Part shown: positions 8,576 to 14,063 of the stretch, in pieces
Layout of the letters: each line of letters opens with the position of its first letter
How positions within the stretch are numbered: position 1 is the first letter of the stretch
Assembly: GCA_051747585.1 (NCBI GenBank)
Contig: JBNJGH010000077.1
Span: 1 to 14,063, forward strand
Source: Candidatus Rifleibacteriota bacterium
Lineage (GTDB): Bacteria > Muiribacteriota > Ozemobacteria > Ozemobacterales > Ozemobacteraceae
Length of the DNA: 14,063 nt
Direction: 5' to 3'
Notes under the pieces: generated by a model
Database searches by the model: none
What the model was told of the DNA's origin: nothing
Seen by the model: the letters and a program-made list of their open reading frames with translations, nothing else
Position numbers and translations under genes: made by a program

Positions 8576-8795
8576 CAGTAATTATCCATTTATTAATATT
8601 AGCGAGTTTCAAGACAATTTTGTATTTTTTGTTATGTACCAAATTTCAGCATATCAAAGATTGCTTTACTTCGACTCCGCTCAGCACAAGCGCTTCGCTC
8701 GCAATGACAGCCACAAATTGTCATTGCGAGGAGCGTAGCGACGAAGCAATCTAAATGTCTTGAAACGGTTTCTACAAACAAATGGATAATTACTG
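8576..8795. mobile_element. MITE/REPIN-like non-autonomous palindromic element, copy A (220 bp)
   Basis: Perfect 16-bp terminal IR (8576-8591/8780-8795) and 11-bp inner IR (8606-8616/8756-8766). These enclose an inverted REP-like pair, agattgctt...cgcaatgac / gtcattgcg...aagcaatct (8658-8752). A homologous copy lies at 12263-12590. Confidence 0.7.
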
Positions 8796-8872
8796 CCAGT
8801 ATAATTTTGTACCTATGACTTTGCTAATTGGCCTGGAGATTTTTTATACGGCATTTTTTGCTTTTGAACATG

Positions 8873-8908
8873 AAAAAGCCCGACAGAATTGTATTCTGTC
8901 GGGCTTTT
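8873..8908 (-). terminator. Intrinsic terminator of the tRNA operon (potentially bidirectional)
   Basis: aaaaagcccgacagaat/attctgtcgggctttt hairpin a few nt after the 3' end of the last tRNA. Confidence 0.88.
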
Positions 8909-8912
8909 AAAG

Positions 8913-8985
8913 CGCCCCCAAGGGGGTTCGAACCCCTGCCGCAGCCTTGAAAGGGCTGTGTCCTGGACCGCTAGACGATGGGGGC
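8913..8985 (-). tRNA. tRNA-Glu (TTC)
   Basis: Reverse complement GCCCCCA TC GTCTAGCGGTCCAGGAC A CAGCC-CTTTCAA-GGCTG CGGC AGGGG-TTCGAAC-CCCCT TGGGGGC G. CCA is not encoded. Confidence 0.97.
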
Positions 8986-9015
8986 AGGACAATTTGCGTC
9001 AAAGTAAAAAATGAG

Positions 9016-9088
9016 CGCCCCTAAGGGGGTTCGAACCCCTGCCGCAGCCTTGAAAGGGCTGTGTCCTGGGCCGCTAGACGATAGGGGC
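9016..9088 (-). tRNA. tRNA-Glu (TTC)
   Basis: Same cloverleaf as 8913-8985 with acceptor stem GCCCCTA/TAGGGGC and anticodon loop CTTTCAA. CCA is not encoded. Confidence 0.97.
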
Positions 9089-9108
9089 AGGCGTTCATTT
9101 TTTACGTT

Positions 9109-9182
9109 TGGGCCCAGCTGGACTCGAACCAGCGACCATCCGGTTATGAGCCGGAGGCTCTAACCAACTGAGCTATGGGCCC
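9109..9182 (-). tRNA. tRNA with CAT anticodon, most likely tRNA-Ile2 (lysidine-modified)
   Basis: Reverse complement GGGCCCA TAGCTCAGTTGGTTAGAGC C TCCGG-CTCATAA-CCGGA TGGTC GCTGG-TTCGAGT-CCAGC TGGGCCC A. Paired G1-C72 and no triple G-C anticodon stem exclude the initiator. The body is Ile-like; elongator Met is the alternative. Confidence 0.9.
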
Positions 9183-9196
9183 TGACGTAGGTAGGT

Positions 9197-9225
9197 ATAT
9201 TAGCACACCCACCCAATTTAGGCAA
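9197..9225 (-). promoter_or_regulatory. Sigma70 promoter for the tRNA operon
   Basis: Minus strand TTGCCT (9225-9220), 17 bp ending in TGC, TAATAT (9202-9197), located 14 nt upstream of the first tRNA. Confidence 0.65.
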
Positions 9226-9233
9226 GCATTTTT

Positions 9234-10373
9234 TTATTCCATATAAAATTCTTTTAATTTCTTGGAACGACTTGGATGCCTCAGCTTTCTCAGGGCCTTG
9301 GCTTCAATCTGTCTGATTCTTTCTCGGGTAACACCAAACTTTTGCCCAACTTCTTCAAGAGTTCTCTGCCAGCCGTCTTCGAGGCCGAATCTATATTTAA
9401 TGACTCTTGATTCGCGCTCGGTAAGAGTTGCCAGAACCTTGTTGATCTGCTCTTTAAGAATAAGATTAAAAGCGGTTTCTGCAGGTGGAAGCGCCGACTT
9501 GTCTTCTACAAAATCGCCAAGATGAGAATCTTCTTCTCCGTTAATTGGCGTTTCAAGAGAGATTGGATCCATGGCAGTTTTCATTATATTCTTAACTTTT
9601 TCCATGGGAAGTCCGACTTCAGCTGCAAGTTCTTCAATCGCAGGATCGCGCCCGAGCTTTTGGACAAGTTTTCTCGAAGCTTTTCTAAGCTTGTTAATGG
9701 TTTCAACCATATGCACCGGAATACGAATAGTTCTCGCCTGATCGGCAATGGCTCTGGTGATGGCCTGTCTGATCCACCAGATTGCGTAGGTTGAAAACTT
9801 ATAGCCTTTTCTATATTTGAATTTTTCTACCGCCCTGATAAGCCCCTGGTTTCCTTCTTGAATCAAATCGAGGAACAAAAGTCCACGTTTGGTATATTTT
9901 TTGGCAACAGAAACAACCAGCCTGAGGTTCGCTTCGATCAGCTTCCTCTGAGCTTCTTGATCACCATGCTCGATACGTTTGGCCAGGGTAACTTCTTCCT
10001 GCATGGTCAAAAGCCTGATTTTTCCGATTTCTCTTAAATAAACTCTAACCGAGTCATCTATATCGTCAAAATCCTGCTGTTTCTTGTCGTCATCCTTGTC
10101 TTTCTTTTTATCTGAAGCTAGCGGAACTTTTTTATCAAGTTTTACTTCATCATCATCCACAAGCTCAACATTTCTTTCCATGAGCTCAGTGATAACTTCT
10201 TCAAAGACATTGGTCGGTAAACCTTCGGGCAAGGCTTTATTAATTTCCTGATATGATAAGTAGCCATTTTTGCTACCTGATTCCAGTAAATCTGCTCTGA
10301 TTTGTTCCAGGGTTGCGGGATCTTTTTTCTTAGCTCCCTGTTCTTTGGCTTTTTCTGCCTGCTCTGTATTCAT
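9234..10373 (-). CDS. rpoD: RNA polymerase primary sigma factor (SigA/RpoD)
   Basis: Region 1.1 (GYLSYQEIN), 1.2 ([11 protein letters not shown]), region 2 ([53 protein letters not shown]) and region 4 ([33 protein letters not shown]). ATG 10373 preceded by GAGG is preferred over TTG 10388. Confidence 0.97.
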   Translation of the reverse strand: MNTEQAEKAKEQGAKKKDPATLEQIRADLLESGSKNGYLSYQEINKALPEGLPTNVFEEVITELMERNVELVDDDEVKLDKKVPLASDKKKDKDDDKKQQDFDDIDDSVRVYLREIGKIRLLTMQEEVTLAKRIEHGDQEAQRKLIEANLRLVVSVAKKYTKRGLLFLDLIQEGNQGLIRAVEKFKYRKGYKFSTYAIWWIRQAITRAIADQARTIRIPVHMVETINKLRKASRKLVQKLGRDPAIEELAAEVGLPMEKVKNIMKTAMDPISLETPINGEEDSHLGDFVEDKSALPPAETAFNLILKEQINKVLATLTERESRVIKYRFGLEDGWQRTLEEVGQKFGVTRERIRQIEAKALRKLRHPSRSKKLKEFYME

Positions 10374-10396
10374 AGATATTTTCCTCAACTAGAGTA

Positions 10397-12172
10397 TCAA
10401 TAAAGCAAGTCAATCTTGCGTTTTATTTCAGTCTGCTCAACGCTGAACAGTGCCAGTTGTTCATCATTACCTTTCTTTTCCGCGTCCCTAATGCCCATTT
10501 GAATATCTTTCAGTTCGGCTTCCAGGCGACTCTTCAGCAAACCTTTGACGCAATCCATAAAAGGCTCGTCAGGTTTATCTTCAAGGGTTGTCATAAGCTC
10601 ACTCAAACGTGAGATCAAATTAGAATCATCTAAAGAAGCAAGTATTTCAGCCGGCTTCAAATTATCACCTGCCGCCTGTTGCTGAGAATTAATTGCCTCA
10701 AATATCTTCTTCAATCTCGGGTCTGAGAAATCGTCCGGTCCTAATAACGCACGTACACGATCAAGTTCTTCGGGGTGTTCGAGCAGATGCTTTAAAACCC
10801 ATTCCTGACGCTGAACTGAAGCATTCAATTTTGGAGAAACGAGATTTCTTCTCTTAAGATGCTCGGCGGGTTGTCCTACCTTCCTTGCTGCAAACTCTTT
10901 TTCAAGAATTGATGGTTCCATATCCAACAGTTTCGAGATTTTCTTTATCACTTCACTTCTCGCAATTGAACTGTGAATAGCTGGAACAAGCTCTTTGAAC
11001 TCCTGAATGAGTTTTTCCTTAACTGGTATTTCAAGGGGTGGTCTTAAACCACGCGTATGAGTATCAATAAGAAATGTATATATATCACTTGCCTTATCAA
11101 GCAATTTTTTAAAATTTTCGGTTCCTTCCCGACTGATGAAACTATCCGGATCATCTGTAGAATCAGAGAAGGAAATTACTCGTGCATTTATCGGGGTATC
11201 CTTTTGAAGCGAAACTGCTCGCAAAGTTGCCCGCTGCCCTGCCGCATCGGCATCGTAACAAAAATAAACCGTTTCGCAATTACGAGCCAGCATGTGAATC
11301 TGCTCTGCTGAAACTGCAGTTCCCAGGGTAGCAACTACGTTTTTTATTCCGTGCTGAAACAAACTTATTACATCGAGATACCCCTCTACAACTATTGCAG
11401 AGTTTAATCGTCGAATAGCCGGTAATGCCTGACGAAAATTAAATAACAACTTTCGCTTGTTAAAAGTTTCACCTTCAGATGAATTAAGATATTTTGGCTC
11501 ATCTTCAGGATTTATAACTCTTCCACCGAAGCCGGCAACACGACCATGATTATCAATAATAGGTATCATCAGTCGATTTCTAAAGGAATCGTAAAATCCT
11601 GAGCCCTTGCTTCTAGGCTTTATTAAACCTGTTTTCTCAAGCAAGCTGACATTTTCCCGGGAATTTCTACCAAGTTTGTTTAAAAGGGAATCCCAGCTGT
11701 TCAATGCTACACCGAGTCTAAAATCGGCAATAGTCTTATCCGTTATTTTCCTTTTTTTCAAATAATTGCGAGCTTCTTTGCCCAGTTCAGAGTCAAGCAG
11801 ATTACTTTCGTAAAATTTGGCTGCCTTATCTAAAATTGTGTACAACTCTGCTTTGGGATCATTTTCGGAAGAGCGATCGTCGGGAATGCTTACCCCGGCT
11901 TTGGAGGCTAAATATCTTACCGACTCCGGGAAAGTAAAATGTTCCAGTTCCATTAAAAAAGAAAAAACATCTCCGCCTTTTCCACAACCGAAACAATGAT
12001 ATATCTGTTTGTCAGGCACAACGTGAAAGCTTGGAGTCTTTTCTTTGTGGAGCGGGCATAAAGCTTTGTAACTTCGACCCGACGGAATAAGGCGTACATG
12101 TTCCCCGATGATCTGGACGATATCGGTTCTTTCCCGGATCTCTGCTATTATTTCACTTGAAATAATGCCCAA
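10397..12172 (-). CDS. dnaG: DNA primase
   Basis: CHC2 zinc finger CPLHKEKTPSF...CFGC, FRNRLMIPI, FGGR, PKYLNS, TOPRIM VEGYLDV and YDADAAG. TTG start with AGGAG RBS, directly upstream of rpoD. Confidence 0.97.
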   Translation of the reverse strand: MGIISSEIIAEIRERTDIVQIIGEHVRLIPSGRSYKALCPLHKEKTPSFHVVPDKQIYHCFGCGKGGDVFSFLMELEHFTFPESVRYLASKAGVSIPDDRSSENDPKAELYTILDKAAKFYESNLLDSELGKEARNYLKKRKITDKTIADFRLGVALNSWDSLLNKLGRNSRENVSLLEKTGLIKPRSKGSGFYDSFRNRLMIPIIDNHGRVAGFGGRVINPEDEPKYLNSSEGETFNKRKLLFNFRQALPAIRRLNSAIVVEGYLDVISLFQHGIKNVVATLGTAVSAEQIHMLARNCETVYFCYDADAAGQRATLRAVSLQKDTPINARVISFSDSTDDPDSFISREGTENFKKLLDKASDIYTFLIDTHTRGLRPPLEIPVKEKLIQEFKELVPAIHSSIARSEVIKKISKLLDMEPSILEKEFAARKVGQPAEHLKRRNLVSPKLNASVQRQEWVLKHLLEHPEELDRVRALLGPDDFSDPRLKKIFEAINSQQQAAGDNLKPAEILASLDDSNLISRLSELMTTLEDKPDEPFMDCVKGLLKSRLEAELKDIQMGIRDAEKKGNDEQLALFSVEQTEIKRKIDLLY

Positions 12173-12219
12173 GCGGTACTCCTGTTAAAACATATCGAAA
12201 AAGGCGGAATGAGTCTGTT

Positions 12220-12248
12220 ATTGTAGTAGACATTTGTAAACATGTCAA
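12220..12248 (-). promoter_or_regulatory. Near-consensus sigma70 promoter for dnaG-rpoD
   Basis: Minus strand TTGACA (12248-12243), 17 bp, TACAAT (12225-12220). Confidence 0.75.
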
Positions 12249-12262
12249 ACTCTATTTTTTTT

Positions 12263-12590
12263 CAGAAACTATCCGTTTGTTTGTAGAAACAGTCTCAAGA
12301 CATGTTAGATTGCTTTACTTCGACTCCACTCAGAGTGTCATTATATATTGGTCATTGAGCGGAGTCGAAATGACCATTATTGCAAAAATCAATTCCGGTC
12401 CTTCAACCCAGGCCCGGATAGGGAGTCATCGTATATTGGTCATTGAGCGGAGTCGAAATGACCAATGGATGGTTACAAGGTCCCTTCGACTCCGCTCAGG
12501 GACCGCAATAGGGAGTCATTGCGAGGAGCGTAGCGACGAAGCAATCTCTGATATGCTAAATTTTATTACAGAACAAAAAAAACAAAACTT
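12263..12590. mobile_element. MITE/REPIN-like palindromic element, copy B (internally expanded, one end missing)
   Basis: 12263-12303 matches the reverse complement of 8755-8795 (36/41). 12548-12589 matches the reverse complement of 8616-8657 (34/42). 12515-12547 is identical to 8720-8752, and 12307-12333 matches 8658-8684 (26/27). Confidence 0.7.
12344..12464. repeat. Exact 33-bp direct repeat of a REP-like hairpin
   Basis: tatattggtcattgagcggagtcgaaatgacca at 12344-12376 and 12432-12464. Each folds via tggtcatt/aatgacca. Confidence 0.9.
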
Positions 12591-12596
12591 AGAGAA

Positions 12597-14063
12597 TCAC
12601 AGAGAATCTATTTCAGTAAATTCTGCTTCGCTCCTTGGCAAATAAATTTTGACGGTGGTTCCTTCGGAGGGCTCTGTGTTTACGTTTATAAAACCCTTGT
12701 TCTGCTGTACAATGCCATAGACGGTAGCAAGTCCAAGGCCCTTACCCTTGTCGAACTTTTTAGTGGTAAAGAAGGGCTCAAATATACCTTCCAGGGTCTC
12801 TTTATCCATGCCTGAGCCATTATCGCTGACACACAACATAATGAACTCGCCTGAACTAAAACCAGGTGTTTTTCCGGAATATTCTTCATCAACTACCACA
12901 TTGCGCGTTTCAATTGTAATTTTCCCTCCGGTCGTGAGCGCATCTCTTGAATTAAGGCATAAATTAACAAGAATCTGATCGAGTTGAGAGGAATCAATAT
13001 TCGTTACCCAAAGTTTTTTTCCTGGAAACCAGGCAAGTTCGATATCTTCGCCTATAAGCCTTCGAAGCATTTTCAGCATTCCTTCGACCGCTTCATTTAA
13101 ATCGATTGTCTTTGGGCTTATAGCTTGTTTATGAGCAAAAGCAAGAAGTTGCTGTGTTATTTCAGAAGCTCTTTCTGCAGCACTGTAAATTTCCTGAACA
13201 TCGCATCTTACCTGCTCTGATACACTTTCATTGTTCAAAACCATTTCAGCATACCCAAGTATTACTCCAAGCATATTGTTATAATCATGGGCAACGCCTC
13301 CTGCTAACCTGCCAACAGATTCGAGTTTCTGAGCATGAAGAAGTTGCTTGCGTGTTCGTTCTTTTTCTTTTTTCTGTTTCTCAAAATTCAAGCGGGAACT
13401 CAGAATAGGGGAAATATAATCTGCAATTTTTTCAAGAGTTTTCAAATCTTCTTCATCGTAATCACTTTTTTTATTGCCCACCAGTAGATTTCCTATAAGT
13501 TTTCCCTTGTATAATACCGGTACATCAAGCGCTCGAGAAATCTTTATATGACCGCTGGGTACATTAAAATTTTTGTTGGAATAAAGCGACTTTTTTTCTA
13601 ACATTGCCTTGCCCCATAATCCTCCCCAGATCTCACGTCTGAAAACAATCTCTTTATCGGGCATCTTGCACTTCTCCCAGATATCTCTGGTCATTGATGG
13701 GCAAACCCAGTCTCCATTCTCATTAATATAGCCAAAAATTCCGTAGCGGCTTCCCAGTATTTCTAATATGAAATTTAAAACTTCAGCATAGATATTTTCA
13801 TCTGATATGGTTAGAAAAATTCGAGTGATTTTATTTCGAACTTCCAATTCAGCCTTGTATTTTACCAGATTTTTTTGTGTATTTTTTCTTTCGGTAATAT
13901 CTGATGAAATTCCACAAAGTCCGATTTTTTTCCCTTCCTGGTCATAAACGACATTAGTTCTGCAATCAAGAAAATATTCATTTCCTTCAGGGTCAAAGTT
14001 TACGACCTCTCCGCGCCAGAAACCGTTTTTAAGAGTATTTTCCAGAATTTTCTTTTGTGACGC
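12597..14063 (-). CDS. PAS/PAC-GAF sensor histidine kinase (5' partial)
   Basis: The frame is open from the window edge (...GFWRGEVVN...GISSDITERK PAC motif) through a GAF-like region, H-box LAGGVAHDYNNML, N-box NLCLNSRDA, DNGSGM, FEPFFTTK and GKGLGL. The ORF-track start at 13847 is internal. Confidence 0.92.
   Translation of the reverse strand, partial: ASQKKILENTLKNGFWRGEVVNFDPEGNEYFLDCRTNVVYDQEGKKIGLCGISSDITERKNTQKNLVKYKAELEVRNKITRIFLTISDENIYAEVLNFILEILGSRYGIFGYINENGDWVCPSMTRDIWEKCKMPDKEIVFRREIWGGLWGKAMLEKKSLYSNKNFNVPSGHIKISRALDVPVLYKGKLIGNLLVGNKKSDYDEEDLKTLEKIADYISPILSSRLNFEKQKKEKERTRKQLLHAQKLESVGRLAGGVAHDYNNMLGVILGYAEMVLNNESVSEQVRCDVQEIYSAAERASEITQQLLAFAHKQAISPKTIDLNEAVEGMLKMLRRLIGEDIELAWFPGKKLWVTNIDSSQLDQILVNLCLNSRDALTTGGKITIETRNVVVDEEYSGKTPGFSSGEFIMLCVSDNGSGMDKETLEGIFEPFFTTKKFDKGKGLGLATVYGIVQQNKGFINVNTEPSEGTTVKIYLPRSEAEFTEIDSL

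Noticed and set aside
8551..8754. 67-aa + strand ORF
   Set aside because: It runs through palindromic element A and shares HCEERSDEAI with the other repeat ORF only because of the DNA repeat.
8568..8813. Target-site duplication around element A
   Set aside because: No direct repeat flanks the IRs. There is only a short additional inverted match (ggtacaa/ttgtacc) at unequal distances.
8913..9088. Duplicated tRNA as attL/attR of an integrated element
   Set aside because: Both copies are full length, 30 bp apart, with compensatory changes. There is no integrase or cargo.
12344..12464. CRISPR-like mini-array (33-bp palindromic repeats, 55-bp spacing)
   Set aside because: Only two repeats. The intervening sequences resemble each other and are built from the same REP motifs. 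No cas genes are in the window.
12277..12645. 122-aa + strand ORF
   Set aside because: It is a translation of repeat DNA (VIERSRN twice, HCEERSDEAI), has no RBS, and overlaps the kinase antisense.
520..13408. Numerous 60-120 aa antisense or alternate-frame ORFs
   Set aside because: All lie within or largely overlap well-supported conserved genes and have no recognisable motifs.

Overview
A bacterial housekeeping region. In order: transketolase (+), uridine kinase (+), RadC (-), ATP-dependent PEP carboxykinase (+), an orphan ClpX (-), a secreted thermolysin/fungalysin-like zinc protease (-), then a minus-strand block dnaG-rpoD-tRNA-Ile2(CAT)-tRNA-Glu-tRNA-Glu, and the 3' part of a PAS/GAF histidine kinase (-) that runs off the right edge. 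Several intrinsic terminators and sigma70-type promoters are readable. The only structure the genes do not explain is non-coding. Two related composite palindromic elements (8576-8795 and 12263-12590) sit in inverted orientation on either side of the dnaG-rpoD-tRNA block, and their REP-like cores are flipped relative to their flanks. A second repeat type at the left edge shares an exact 19-mer with the stop-codon region of the kinase. No transposase, recombinase, CRISPR or defence gene is present, so I cannot claim a new complete system. The repeat architecture is the best lead.
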